A stretch of 64,000 bases of DNA. Origin: Promethearchaeota archaeon (GTDB lineage Archaea > Asgardarchaeota > Lokiarchaeia > Sigyniarchaeales > SOKP01). The stretch is from assembly GCA_048938005.1 (NCBI GenBank), contig JBHLMQ010000006.1:80072-144071 (forward strand), in the 5' to 3' direction. Shown piece by piece: positions 38,802 to 49,531 of the stretch. The translations under genes and the position numbers were made by a program. The notes under the pieces were generated by a model that saw nothing but the letters and a program-made list of their open reading frames with translations, did not search any database and was not told where the DNA came from. The stretch's first letter is position 1; each line of letters starts with the position of its first letter.

Positions 38802-39944
38802 CTAATTACCTCCCTCTAATACATATACTATATTATTTTGGGCACACATACCTATTTGACCTGTAGCAATAGCTTTTTTAGCTCCCTTAACTTGATAACC
38901 ATCTGCTTCTTGCTTAAGTTGTTTAGCAGCTTCAATAATTCTAATCAATCCTGTAGCACATGGTGGATTCCCCCCAAGAGCACCTCCAGAAGGATTGATT
39001 GGAAGTTCACCATCAATTTCAGAATTTAATTTTACGCCATTACCCTTCTCTGCAAATCCTAAAGCTTCAGAAAAAATTAATTCTTCATGTGCATAGCTTT
39101 CAAATACCTCAGCAACATCAATTTCATCTTTCGGATTTTTGATTCCTGCTGCATTAAATGCCATTTTCCCTGCTAATTCCATAGATTTACTAATAGATAA
39201 ATCTCGATCTCCAAGATAATAGGCTTCTTGACTATAGCCTACGCCAGTAATCCAAACTGGATTATCTATAATCTTTAATGCTTGCCTTTCTGGAGCTAAT
39301 AATAACGCAGCTACTCCATCACAAGGTTCAGCTACCATTAGTTCTGTTACCGGATCTGCATAAATCTCAGAATCTAGGACTTCTTTTGCAGTTATATTTG
39401 CATTTTGCGCTTCTGCTAAAGCTAAGGGATTCCTAGCTGCATTTTTTCTATTTTTGACAGCAACTTTCGCTATATCTTCAACACCCACTCCAAATCTTTC
39501 CAAATATGCCCTCATCTGAAAACCAGCAGAAGTGATGTCATTTACATATGCAAGAGGGCGTTCCCATGTGGGATCTGTCTCATATAAACGAGTAGAATGG
39601 TAAGGAAAACATGATGCCATGCTTCCACCCCAGACAACCGCCAATTTATGATTACCAGATAAAATCCTCATTAAACCATATAAAACAGCATGAGCACCAT
39701 CCATTTCCACCTTAGACTCATCTACTAAGTATCCTCCCCCCACTTCTACAGTTAAAGAATTTGATATAGTCCGTCCATCATAATAATCATTTGTAGCTGA
39801 GATTACAGTAGATATATCTTTCTTTTTCAAACCTGCACTATCTAAAGCTCCTCGTACAGCCTCAAAAATCATTTCATATCTCCCATAATTAGCATCTGAA
39901 TACAACTTCACTTGATTATATCCTACAATTCCAACTCTCTCCAT
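38802..39944 (-). CDS. ltp4: Ltp4-like thiolase-fold subunit
   Basis: DYYDGRTIS, ESKVEMDGAHA, NPSGGALGGNP resemble Ltp4; no catalytic Cys/His. Confidence 0.8.
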   Translation of the reverse strand: MERVGIVGYNQVKLYSDANYGRYEMIFEAVRGALDSAGLKKKDISTVISATNDYYDGRTISNSLTVEVGGGYLVDESKVEMDGAHAVLYGLMRILSGNHKLAVVWGGSMASCFPYHSTRLYETDPTWERPLAYVNDITSAGFQMRAYLERFGVGVEDIAKVAVKNRKNAARNPLALAEAQNANITAKEVLDSEIYADPVTELMVAEPCDGVAALLLAPERQALKIIDNPVWITGVGYSQEAYYLGDRDLSISKSMELAGKMAFNAAGIKNPKDEIDVAEVFESYAHEELIFSEALGFAEKGNGVKLNSEIDGELPINPSGGALGGNPPCATGLIRIIEAAKQLKQEADGYQVKGAKKAIATGQIGMCAQNNIVYVLEGGN

Positions 39945-39952
39945 TTATGGTA

Positions 39953-40420
39953 TCACCTCTCATTCCTCACGAAACCCTTTATATCTGAAGGATCTCCTTT
40001 TGGTATTTCCTCCCACTGGATTCTTAATTTCATTCCTGTTTTTACTTCTTCTTGTTCAAGATCTAATAGGCGGTAAATTATTGCCGTATTACTTCCATCA
40101 ATTTGTACCATACCAATAATTTGAGGTTTTTTAACTTTTCTACAAGCTCTATCATTAACCTTATAATGGGTTATTGTATAATTCTTTAGGGTTCCAGTAT
40201 CAGGCAAATCCACCCAATTCTCTTCAAAATGTATTTTTTCATTACATTTTCCACAAATTTTTCTTGGTGGAACAAAAACATCTCCACATTTGGGGCATTT
40301 ATTTCCAATTATTTTTTTATTTTTAAGAGTATCATAAAATTTGTCCAAGTAACGACCAACCCAAAAAGCAAATTCCGCTCTTATAAACCCCTTATTAGCA
40401 ACAATTATTTTATCAGTCAT
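39953..40420 (-). CDS. DUF35 Zn-ribbon/OB-fold protein
   Basis: CPKC...PPRKICGKC, IDGSNT, TGMKLRIQW. Confidence 0.93.
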   Translation of the reverse strand: MTDKIIVANKGFIRAEFAFWVGRYLDKFYDTLKNKKIIGNKCPKCGDVFVPPRKICGKCNEKIHFEENWVDLPDTGTLKNYTITHYKVNDRACRKVKKPQIIGMVQIDGSNTAIIYRLLDLEQEEVKTGMKLRIQWEEIPKGDPSDIKGFVRNER

Positions 40421-40594
40421 AATGTTAATTTTTTTTCAAATGTAATTTTAATAATGATTAATATTGTGATGAGTGGTATTTATAATTTTGAAAACATCCA
40501 ATTCCAGATTCTTTTATTTTTATTGACTTATTAAATAATTTTAAGAGAAATGGTCAATATTAACACTAAAAGAATTTAATTTATATTTTAAGAG

Positions 40595-41884
40595 TTGACT
40601 AAATTGGTTATAAAAAAAGGAAATGTACAATGTATTAATGATGAGATACTTGAAAAATTATCTTTAAAGAATCGTTATAAATTTTTGAATTACAATTTGA
40701 TGTCTTATTTGCCAAAAGAACAGTTTGATTTTCTTAATAAAACTCAAAAGTTTTTATTAGATTTTGAAAAGAAGAAGAGTATCACTCATAATGAAGATTT
40801 TTATGATTGGATTCCCGAAATCGGTAAGGAAGGCTTGGTTACCCGAATAAGTAATTTCGATTTTCTTGATTTGAATTATGAACCTTATGGGCTAACAGCT
40901 GAATTTATGAGAATATTAGCTACTGATTTTTTTGATCCACAACTTACAATGGGAATGGGAGCTAACGTTTTAGCAATTAATCCCCTATTAGTACATCACG
41001 AGAATGTTGGGATTCGCTTAAAAGCATTGAAAGAATTAATATTGGGGCAAAAAGTTGGTTGTATATGTATAACGGAACCCGAACGTGGTTCTGATGCAGT
41101 TCATATGCTTACTACTTGTGATGAACAAGAAGATGGAAGTTTTATTGTAAACGGAGAAAAAATTTATCAAACAAATGGAGCAAAAGCAGATTGGGCAGTA
41201 ATGTATGCTGTCGCTGAAAAGAATAATGGCAATACGATGGCACAATTTTTGGTTGATACATCTTGGAATGGCTGGAAAGTAGAGAGAATAAATATCCCTT
41301 GGACTCCACGAATTTATCTTGGTAAAGAGACTTTTACAAATTTAAGAATCCCTTCTGAATATGTTTTGGGCAAACCAGGTAAAGGTAGAGAACATCTTTT
41401 TGAAGGATTGAATTTGGAACGATTAGGAATTGTCATTCTTAATGCAGCAGAATCTTGGAATGCTATAACTCATGCTGTCATTTATGCAAACATGAGAAAA
41501 CAATTTGATCAGGAAATTTTAAAATTCCAGGGAGTTGGATTTCCTTTAGCAGATTTATGGGCAGAGACTATGAATCTTACTCTATCCACTTTAAATGTAT
41601 GCCAAATGGTAGATAAAAAAGTAGAACAATTTGGAGCCCTTCCTAAGGAATTTAGCTTGGCTTTAATGGCTACAGCATCTCAATTAAAATCAATAAGTGC
41701 TAAATTAAGTCAAAAGGCAGCATACGAATGTGCAAATCTCATGGGTGGTGCAGGTGTATGTGATAACACATTAATGCAAGATTTACTAGGTGTCACTAGA
41801 ATACAGGAAATTGGAGGGGGAACAAGACAAATTCAGCAATATATCATGAGTTTAACTCTACGACAATTATTTAAATTACTCTGA
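40595..41884 (+). CDS. Acyl-CoA dehydrogenase, isovaleryl/citronellyl-CoA type active-site signature
   Basis: ITEPERGSD, NGEKIYQTNG, GLNLERLG, RKQF, MGGAG, EIGGGT. Confidence 0.92.
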   Translation: MTKLVIKKGNVQCINDEILEKLSLKNRYKFLNYNLMSYLPKEQFDFLNKTQKFLLDFEKKKSITHNEDFYDWIPEIGKEGLVTRISNFDFLDLNYEPYGLTAEFMRILATDFFDPQLTMGMGANVLAINPLLVHHENVGIRLKALKELILGQKVGCICITEPERGSDAVHMLTTCDEQEDGSFIVNGEKIYQTNGAKADWAVMYAVAEKNNGNTMAQFLVDTSWNGWKVERINIPWTPRIYLGKETFTNLRIPSEYVLGKPGKGREHLFEGLNLERLGIVILNAAESWNAITHAVIYANMRKQFDQEILKFQGVGFPLADLWAETMNLTLSTLNVCQMVDKKVEQFGALPKEFSLALMATASQLKSISAKLSQKAAYECANLMGGAGVCDNTLMQDLLGVTRIQEIGGGTRQIQQYIMSLTLRQLFKLL

Positions 41885-42128
41885 TATAATTTCCTTTATT
41901 TTTTTTTCCTATTTTCTAAAATCATTTTATAAATTTAATCTAACTTTCTAAGATTGATATAACATTATAATAATTGATAATAATGGGAATCTTTTAATTT
42001 AGTTTTTTGAGAAGATATAATATAGAAGTCTTAAAAAAAAAAGTCAATTTTTATAAACTTTCATGAACATAGTAAATAATTGGTTACCATATTTTAATAC
42101 AAAAAATTTCTAAAAAGTGATAATTTAG

Positions 42129-43862
42129 ATGAGTCAACAAACTAGTAATGAAAAATTTTGGTTAAAATCCTATGATAAACATGTTCCTCCAACATTAACT
42201 TATCCAACAGAGGATCTTGGGACATTATTAACTCAAAATATGAAAAACTATGCTGATAAAGTAGGTTTTTATTTTATGGATCGCACTTTTCTTTTCACAG
42301 AAATTTTGGAATATTCCCAAAAATTTGCTACATTTTTACAAAAAAATGGTATGAAAAAAGGTGATGTATTAGCCATTGCTTTACCAAATACTCCTCAATA
42401 TTTATTTTCTGTTTATGGAGCTTATATAGCAGGAGGTACTGTTACAGGATGTTCACTCCTATTAAGTCCAGATGAAATTGCATATCAAATGAAAGATTCA
42501 GGTGCTAAATTTCTAGTTACTATGGATATTGTTCATGAAATGCTATTTTCAAAGATCTATGATCGCTTACCAGATTTGAAAGTGATAGTTCCAACAAATA
42601 TTGCAGAATTTATGGGTATTTCAAAGATTAAATTGTTCATGGGAAAATTATTTAAAAAGGATCTAAGGGAAAAACTACGTAAGGGTAAAATTATCCCTTG
42701 GCCAGGAAAAACTGTAATCCCATTTCTAAAGGCATTAGATACTGAAATTGATTTGGAAAAAGTTGATATCGATCCTAAAAAAGATTTGGCTTTGATAATA
42801 TATACGGGTGGCACTACAGGAGTTCCTAAAGGAGTAGAAGTTGTTCACTCGAATTTGATAGCAAATCTTCATCAATTTGATGTCTGGCTCAATAGAGAGA
42901 AAGGTAAAGAAATACTTCTTGCAGCATTTCCCTTCTTTCACATTGCTGGATTCATTACTGGTCTTTTCTTGAACTTTTTAGGCGGAGCACAAATATTAAT
43001 AGCAGATCCAAGAAATAATGATCATATAATAAAGGAAATCATTGATAAGAAACCTACAAGTTTTGGAAATGTGCCAACTCTGTTTTTAATGATTCAGAAG
43101 AATCCACTATCGAAAAAAATCCCACCAGAAGTATTAGATAACATTTCATTATATGTAAGTGGTGCTGCACCCTTTCCAGCAGAAGCAATAAGAGAATTTG
43201 AGAGACAATTCCATACAGAAAATAAGTTTTTAGAGGTTTACGGATTGACTGAAACTGCGATAGTAACCGGTAATCCTATGTTTGGTGAGAAAAAGCTTGG
43301 AACTGTTGGATTACCATGGCCAGATACAGAGATTAAGTTAATAGATTTAGATACTGGAGAAGAAATAAGAGAGATTGGGCAAACAGGTGAAATTTTAATA
43401 AAAGGTCCTCAAGTTGTTAAGCAATATCATAATAAACCTGAAGCTACTGCTGCTGCATTTGATAATGAGGGTTATTTCCACTCAGGTGATGTTGGTGTTT
43501 TCGATGATGATGGCTATTTAAAGATTGTTGATCGTACGAAAGACATGCTTAGTGTAAGCGGTTTTAAGGTGTATAGTGTCCATGTTGAAGAAGTAATGAC
43601 TAAACATCCTGATATTCAAATCCTCGCAATAATAGGAGTTCCTAATCCTGATAGACCTGGAGCTGAAATAGTAAAGGCAATTATTCAATTAAAAGAAGGT
43701 GTTGAAGCAATTGATAAAGTTAAAGATAGTATTAAAAAATATGCTGAAGAAAACCTTTCAAAATACGAAGTTCCTAAGATCTGGGATTTTCGGGAAGAAC
43801 TTCCTTTAACTATGGTTGGTAAAGTAAAGAAAAAAGCACTTCGCGAAGAATTAAAAAAATAA
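42129..43862 (+). CDS. Long-chain acyl-CoA synthetase
   Basis: YTGGTTGVPKG, VYGLTET, FHSGDVG, PLTMVGK. Confidence 0.94.
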   Translation: MSQQTSNEKFWLKSYDKHVPPTLTYPTEDLGTLLTQNMKNYADKVGFYFMDRTFLFTEILEYSQKFATFLQKNGMKKGDVLAIALPNTPQYLFSVYGAYIAGGTVTGCSLLLSPDEIAYQMKDSGAKFLVTMDIVHEMLFSKIYDRLPDLKVIVPTNIAEFMGISKIKLFMGKLFKKDLREKLRKGKIIPWPGKTVIPFLKALDTEIDLEKVDIDPKKDLALIIYTGGTTGVPKGVEVVHSNLIANLHQFDVWLNREKGKEILLAAFPFFHIAGFITGLFLNFLGGAQILIADPRNNDHIIKEIIDKKPTSFGNVPTLFLMIQKNPLSKKIPPEVLDNISLYVSGAAPFPAEAIREFERQFHTENKFLEVYGLTETAIVTGNPMFGEKKLGTVGLPWPDTEIKLIDLDTGEEIREIGQTGEILIKGPQVVKQYHNKPEATAAAFDNEGYFHSGDVGVFDDDGYLKIVDRTKDMLSVSGFKVYSVHVEEVMTKHPDIQILAIIGVPNPDRPGAEIVKAIIQLKEGVEAIDKVKDSIKKYAEENLSKYEVPKIWDFREELPLTMVGKVKKKALREELKK

Positions 43863-43980
43863 GGAACTAAATAATTAAACTTTTTTTTATATCTTTTCTT
43901 TAAATGGGCTATAAGCTTAAGTATAAATATTCAAAAATTGAAAAATTATTCATTATTAAAAATAAATTTTTATTATAATT

Positions 43981-44796
43981 ATGCGAATAGAAGATTTTGA
44001 AGATATTATTTATGAAAAGGAAGATAATGGTATATGTACAGTAACTATTTCAAGACCTGAAGCTAGGAATGCCGTAACGCATATTACTTTCTTAGAAATA
44101 TATACAGTTTTAGAAGATATAGAGAATGATAAAAATGCTAAAGTGCTTATAATTACAGGAGATCCTAAGGGAAATGCTTTTACATCTGGAGGTTATTTTA
44201 GAACAGAAATGCTTGAAAAGATGAAGAAATATCCTGAAATAGACCTTATGGATATTGCTCAAAAAAAAGTGTGTATGAAATTTTGGAATTTCACGAAACC
44301 TGTCATTGCTGCAATTAATGGAATGGCAATAGGGGGTGGTATTACAATGCCCTTAGCTGGTGCTGATCTTATCTACATGGCAGAGGATGCATGGTTTGGA
44401 TTTTATTTCAGTAAAAGAGCAATTATCCCTGAATTTGCAAGTACCTTTCTTTTGCCCTTTTATATTGGGTTTCAAAAAGCTAAAGAAATCATCTATTTTG
44501 GACAAAAATTAACCGCTCAAGAATCCTATGAGCTTGGAATTGTGAATAAAGTTTTACCAAAGGAAGAATTGATACCATATGCTAAAGAACAAGCGTTAAA
44601 ACTAATCCCCCCTAAAGGCCCAATTCTAGCAATTAAACTAATGAAAAAAACAATGCATTCATATTTTAGGGAGATTTTAGATAAAACTTTAGATTTGGAA
44701 AACAGAGCGTTAAGAAAAACATTTTCATCTTATGATTTTAACGAATCAATGAAGGCTCTTAAGGAGAAAAGAGATCCTATTTTTAAAGGTTGTTAA
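43981..44796 (+). CDS. Crotonase, delta3,delta2-enoyl-CoA isomerase (ECI2/PaaG)-like
   Basis: AINGMAIGGG; both hydratase Glu positions missing; IIPEF Glu in the ECI2-type position. Confidence 0.85.
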   Translation: MRIEDFEDIIYEKEDNGICTVTISRPEARNAVTHITFLEIYTVLEDIENDKNAKVLIITGDPKGNAFTSGGYFRTEMLEKMKKYPEIDLMDIAQKKVCMKFWNFTKPVIAAINGMAIGGGITMPLAGADLIYMAEDAWFGFYFSKRAIIPEFASTFLLPFYIGFQKAKEIIYFGQKLTAQESYELGIVNKVLPKEELIPYAKEQALKLIPPKGPILAIKLMKKTMHSYFREILDKTLDLENRALRKTFSSYDFNESMKALKEKRDPIFKGC

Positions 44797-44908
44797 AATT
44801 AATACTATTCTGAAGTTTAAAATCAGAACCATAAAATTTTATAAAATTCTTAGTTGAATAATAATAACACTTTAATTATTTTGATTTTATAATAAAAGGG
44901 ATTTTTAT

Positions 44909-46462
44909 ATGGAAAATATAGATTTTGATGAAAGGCAGGTAATTTCAACTTATCCTGTTATTGTTATTGGTGCCGGTTTAGGTGGACTAGGCGCTGCATG
45001 TCAACTTGCATCTCTCGATAAAAAAGTTCTATTACTTGAAAAGCATAATGTACCTGGAGGATTTGCAACTTCATTTGTGAGGGGACGATTTGAGTTTGAA
45101 GGTGCATTACATGAAATAAGTGATATTGGTACTGAAGGAAATAGAGGTAGTCTATATCGATTTTTCGAGAGAATCGGTGTTGTTCCTGACAAAATTAAGT
45201 TTAAACAAATTCCAGAATTTTATCGTAGTGTATTTTTAGATGGATATGATGTGACTATGCCTATTAATTTAGAAGAATATACTAATAAATTGATTGAGCT
45301 CTTTCCTGGAGAAAAAAAAGGAATAGAAGATTTCATGGAAATGTGTCAAGCTGTATTCGAAGGAATTAAATTTGTAGCTCGCGCTAGAGGAAGGTTTTCT
45401 CCACCGGAAATCTTAAAAGAGCATCCATGGTTAGCCCGTATATCTGGTCTTACGTTATCTGAAGTATATCAGAAATTTTTCAAAGATGAGAGGCTAATTG
45501 CTGTAGTATCTCAATTATGGGGTTATTTAGGCCTCCCACCTTCCAGAGTAAATGCCTATGCTTATATTGCCATGCTAATTATTTATTTAATCCATGGTGC
45601 TGCTTTTCCTATGGGAAGATCTCATGCTCTAACTAGCGCAATGGTAAAATCTTTTGAAGAATTAGGTGGTGAAATCAGATATAACGCACTAGTAAATCGT
45701 ATTCTCGTAGAAAATGGAAGGGTATGTGGAATAGAGCTGTTAAATGGAGATATATATCGCTGTGAAGCTGTAATTTCAAATGCGAATCCAATTTGTACAA
45801 CAATGAAAATGTTACCAGAAGATATCGTTCCGGTAAGTTATAAAAAAAAAATCTATGCTGCTGATATTGGACCATCAGGATTTTCAGTATATATAGGCCT
45901 TAATGCTTCATATAAGGAATTAGGATTTACTGCTCATGAAACCTTTATTAACGAAACATACAATTTAGAAGAAGGTTATAAATCATTCACTAAATTAGAA
46001 CCTCCTAATTACATGGTTGCGGCCTGTTATAATCATGTTTATGAAGATATATCTCCTCCTGGAACAACACAACTTGTTCTTACTACTTTACAAATGGGCA
46101 AATTATGGCAGAGTGTCGCCCCTGATCAATATTATAAAATTAAGGACTTCATTGCCGACAAAATGGTAAATTTGGTTGAGAAGACGATTTGTCCTAATAT
46201 TCGGGATTATATTGAAGTCGCTGAAGTAGCAACCCCACTTACTTATTATCGTTATTCAAAGAATTTAGAAGGAGCGATCTATGGGTATACTCAGGATATT
46301 TTGAATGGCCCAACACTGAGACTGAAAAGCAGAGGTTCAATTCCAGGTTTGTATCAAGCTGGAGCTTGGACAAATATTGGAGGGGGATATTCATCATCCA
46401 TTCTTGGAGGTAGGATTGCTGCTGGAATGTATTTAAGAGATAAGAAAGAGGGGAGGTGGTAA
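44909..46462 (+). CDS. CrtI/retinol-saturase-like FAD oxidoreductase (phytoene dehydrogenase-related)
   Basis: IGAGLGGL, EKHNVPGG, ATPLTYYRY...GAIYG, LYQAGAW..GGG. Confidence 0.88.
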   Translation: MENIDFDERQVISTYPVIVIGAGLGGLGAACQLASLDKKVLLLEKHNVPGGFATSFVRGRFEFEGALHEISDIGTEGNRGSLYRFFERIGVVPDKIKFKQIPEFYRSVFLDGYDVTMPINLEEYTNKLIELFPGEKKGIEDFMEMCQAVFEGIKFVARARGRFSPPEILKEHPWLARISGLTLSEVYQKFFKDERLIAVVSQLWGYLGLPPSRVNAYAYIAMLIIYLIHGAAFPMGRSHALTSAMVKSFEELGGEIRYNALVNRILVENGRVCGIELLNGDIYRCEAVISNANPICTTMKMLPEDIVPVSYKKKIYAADIGPSGFSVYIGLNASYKELGFTAHETFINETYNLEEGYKSFTKLEPPNYMVAACYNHVYEDISPPGTTQLVLTTLQMGKLWQSVAPDQYYKIKDFIADKMVNLVEKTICPNIRDYIEVAEVATPLTYYRYSKNLEGAIYGYTQDILNGPTLRLKSRGSIPGLYQAGAWTNIGGGYSSSILGGRIAAGMYLRDKKEGRW

Positions 46463-46465
46463 TAA

Positions 46466-47665
46466 ATGGAGAAAGACATAATGGCAGATATAAAAAAATA
46501 TCAAAAAGCTGAAAAGTTAAAAAAGTGGCGAGATGAAGTCCAACCAATACCATGGTATTTTGATGGTTTAGAAAATCTCTGTGACAGAATTCACCCAGAA
46601 AAGCAATCAGTACAAATTTCTGATATAAAACAACTTTCTTGGGATACAAAATTATATAGACTCATTTCGGCTAATCCAAACAAACTACTTGCTCCTTTCA
46701 GAGCTGGATATTATATTGGTATTAATGTAGAAATAAATGATGTTCGAACCTCACGTCCTTATTCACTTGTATCTTCACCAAATCAATTAGCATATTATGA
46801 CGTAGCTATTAAAAGAAAAGAGGGAGGTTTTGTAAGCCCCTATATTCTTGATAATTTAAAGGAAGGCGATGTTTTAGAAATAACAGAACCTATGGGAAAT
46901 TTCTATTATAATAGAATATTCCATGGAAAAAATTTAGTGTTTATCGCGGGGGGTTCTGGCATAGCTCCTTTTATTTCAATATTAAGGGATATTTCTGAAA
47001 GAGCTTTACCTTTAAATGTATGGTTGATTTTTGGCTGTTTAACAGAGAAAGATATTTTATTCAGGGAAGAGCTTGAAGATATACAAGTTAGGCGCCCAAA
47101 TATTCGGATTAAATATATCCTATCAGAACCTGGACCAGATTGGACTGGAACTTGTGGATTTATTACTAAAGAAGAGATCCTAAAAGAAATTGGATCAAAA
47201 CACAATAAATTTTTCTACGTGGTAGGAAATCGCCCGATGTATTTCTTTATACAGGAACAATTAGGAGCAATGGGAGTTCCTATTCATCGTGTTATTTATG
47301 AATCCTATGGTGTCCCAGATAATGTTACAGAAGTAATAGGCTGGCCTGATGGCATAAATGCTTTAAAAAATGTCCAAATAACAATCGAATTTATGAAACA
47401 AGGAAAGAAATTTAAAGAAGTGTTTAAGGCACCTTGTGGTGAACCAATCTTAAATAGCATTGAACGAGAAAAAGTACTAGAACAAGAAATTAATAATGGC
47501 TGTCGTTCAGGCGCCTGTGCTTTGTGTAGAACTAAACTTATATCGGGTAAAGTATTTGTGCTCCCAGAAGTGACGATAAGAGAAATTGATCAAAAATTTG
47601 GGTTTATCCACCCTTGCGTGTCATATCCACTTACTGATATTCATCTAGATTTATCCTTAACCTAA
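46466..47665 (+). CDS. FAD/NAD(P)H ferredoxin reductase with C-terminal [2Fe-2S] (KshB/PaaE-like architecture)
   Basis: RPYSLVS, GFVS, AGGSGIAPF, GCRSGACALC...HPCVS; 3 nt after the CrtI-like gene. Confidence 0.92.
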   Translation: MEKDIMADIKKYQKAEKLKKWRDEVQPIPWYFDGLENLCDRIHPEKQSVQISDIKQLSWDTKLYRLISANPNKLLAPFRAGYYIGINVEINDVRTSRPYSLVSSPNQLAYYDVAIKRKEGGFVSPYILDNLKEGDVLEITEPMGNFYYNRIFHGKNLVFIAGGSGIAPFISILRDISERALPLNVWLIFGCLTEKDILFREELEDIQVRRPNIRIKYILSEPGPDWTGTCGFITKEEILKEIGSKHNKFFYVVGNRPMYFFIQEQLGAMGVPIHRVIYESYGVPDNVTEVIGWPDGINALKNVQITIEFMKQGKKFKEVFKAPCGEPILNSIEREKVLEQEINNGCRSGACALCRTKLISGKVFVLPEVTIREIDQKFGFIHPCVSYPLTDIHLDLSLT

Positions 47666-47762
47666 ATAAAAAAAATTGAAATCTTATATTATTTTTTAAC
47701 AAATAATAATACAATTAATCATAATAAATAGAATAACATACTTTTAAAATGAAAAAAATTAA

Positions 47763-48179
47763 GTGAAAAGAATGACAGTGAAAGTGTTATCAAAAGAATG
47801 GGTTGAAGCTGTTTGTAAAGCTATAAATAATAATCCGAATTATAAACCATCAGCGCTTACTTGGGAAGGAGATGTGCTTCTTGTTTTCGAACCAAGTGGT
47901 AATTTGGATCATGAAGTGAGAGTATTTCTTGGATTATATCATGGAGAATGTACAGGAACTAGATTAATACCAGAGGGTGAAGAAGTAGAAACGGAGTTCA
48001 TAATGTCCGGACTTTATCTTAATTTTGTATCAGTTGTCAAAAAAGAAATCGATCCAATTCGGGCTTTAATGTCTGGTAAGTTAAAACTTGAAGGTGACAT
48101 GGCAAAATTAATGCGGAATGCTAAAGCAGCTTTAGAAATGGTGAACAGCTTTGCAAATGTAGATACCGATTATATATAA
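47763..48179 (+). CDS. SCP2 sterol/lipid-binding domain protein
   Basis: SKEWVEA, LYHGEC, DPIRALMSGKLKLEGDM. Confidence 0.9.
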   Translation: MKRMTVKVLSKEWVEAVCKAINNNPNYKPSALTWEGDVLLVFEPSGNLDHEVRVFLGLYHGECTGTRLIPEGEEVETEFIMSGLYLNFVSVVKKEIDPIRALMSGKLKLEGDMAKLMRNAKAALEMVNSFANVDTDYI

Positions 48180-48295
48180 AGATATCCTAATTTTACTTTT
48201 TTTTCTTAGAATGTATTTTTCTTAGTAATTTAAATTTAAATGAAATTGAAGAAGTATATAAAAGAAATTTTATATCAATTGTTATGTGAAAAAAT

Positions 48296-49495
48296 ATGTG
48301 GTTTTTTTCTAGTCCAAATATAATTTATGGAGAAGATAGTCTAGATTTTATCCAAAATATCAAGGGAAACAAATGTTATATTGTTACTGATAAAATCATA
48401 GAGGAATTAGGTTATCTCAAAATATTAACAGAAAAATTAGAAAAAAGCGGTAAAGAATATCAAGTTTTTAATGAGGTTATCCCAGATCCTAGAGAAGATG
48501 GCGTCTTAAAGGCGAGAGAACAGTTTATAGCTTATTCTCCAGATTTAATAATTGCATTAGGTGGAGGCTCGGTAATAGATACCGGAAAAACAGCTTGGGT
48601 TTTATATGAATTTCCAGAATTGAACATTGGTGATATTCATCTATTTAGATCTGATTTGTATGAAACAGGTAAAAAAGCTAAATTTGTAGCAATACCAACT
48701 ACTTCGGGAACAGGTTCAGAAGCAACAAATGGAACAATAATTTCTCGATTGGAGGATGGTATATGGAAGAAGTTTATTTATGCTCATAGGGGAATTACTC
48801 CTACTTATGCTATAGTTGATCCTATATTTCCGAAAGGAATGCCTCGAGAATTAACAATTAATACAGCTTTTGATGCATTATCACATGCTATTGAGGGAAT
48901 GGTATCTAATTGGAAGAATGAGTTTTCTAATGGAATTGGTTTAAAGGCTATAGATCTCATTTTTAAATACTTGCCAATTATCTGTAAAGATAGCAAGAAT
49001 ATGGAAGCTAGGGATTATCTACACCAAGCAGCAACCATGGCAGGTTTAGCTTTTAGTAATTCTCAAGTTCATATTGGGCATGGTATGGGACATGCATGGG
49101 GAGCAGTTTTCCATACTCATCATGGAAGAATAGTTGGAGTATTACTCCCATATATCACACAGTTTTGTTTAAATAATCCAGATAAAGAAAATGATACTCT
49201 AGGAATATGCTCTAAGATAGCTAAGCAACTAGGATGGGCTAAATGGGATGATGATAATAAAACTGCCGCTTTTAAGGTTATCGATAAAATTAAAGAGTTA
49301 CAGAATGAGGTTGGTTTTCCAACAAAATTAAAAGATATGGAAATCACTAGGGAGGAGTTAGAAAATAATATTGAAATGTTAGTTGCTTGTTGTTTTGAAG
49401 ATGCCACTGCTGTAATGACACCTAGAGCAATTACCGATGAATACTATCGAAAAATCTATGACTATGCATTCGAGGGGAAAGATATTGACTTTTAA
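48296..49495 (+). CDS. Iron-containing alcohol dehydrogenase
   Basis: GGGS, PTTSGTGSE, DALSHAIE, HGMGH...HHG. Confidence 0.95.
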   Translation: MWFFSSPNIIYGEDSLDFIQNIKGNKCYIVTDKIIEELGYLKILTEKLEKSGKEYQVFNEVIPDPREDGVLKAREQFIAYSPDLIIALGGGSVIDTGKTAWVLYEFPELNIGDIHLFRSDLYETGKKAKFVAIPTTSGTGSEATNGTIISRLEDGIWKKFIYAHRGITPTYAIVDPIFPKGMPRELTINTAFDALSHAIEGMVSNWKNEFSNGIGLKAIDLIFKYLPIICKDSKNMEARDYLHQAATMAGLAFSNSQVHIGHGMGHAWGAVFHTHHGRIVGVLLPYITQFCLNNPDKENDTLGICSKIAKQLGWAKWDDDNKTAAFKVIDKIKELQNEVGFPTKLKDMEITREELENNIEMLVACCFEDATAVMTPRAITDEYYRKIYDYAFEGKDIDF

Positions 49496-49531
49496 CCTTA
49501 TTTTTTTTATTAAAATAAGGAGAATTTTATC

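Noticed and set aside
44909-46462. Carotenoid biosynthesis gene crtI
   Set aside because: No phytoene synthase or prenyltransferase in the window; the context is catabolic.
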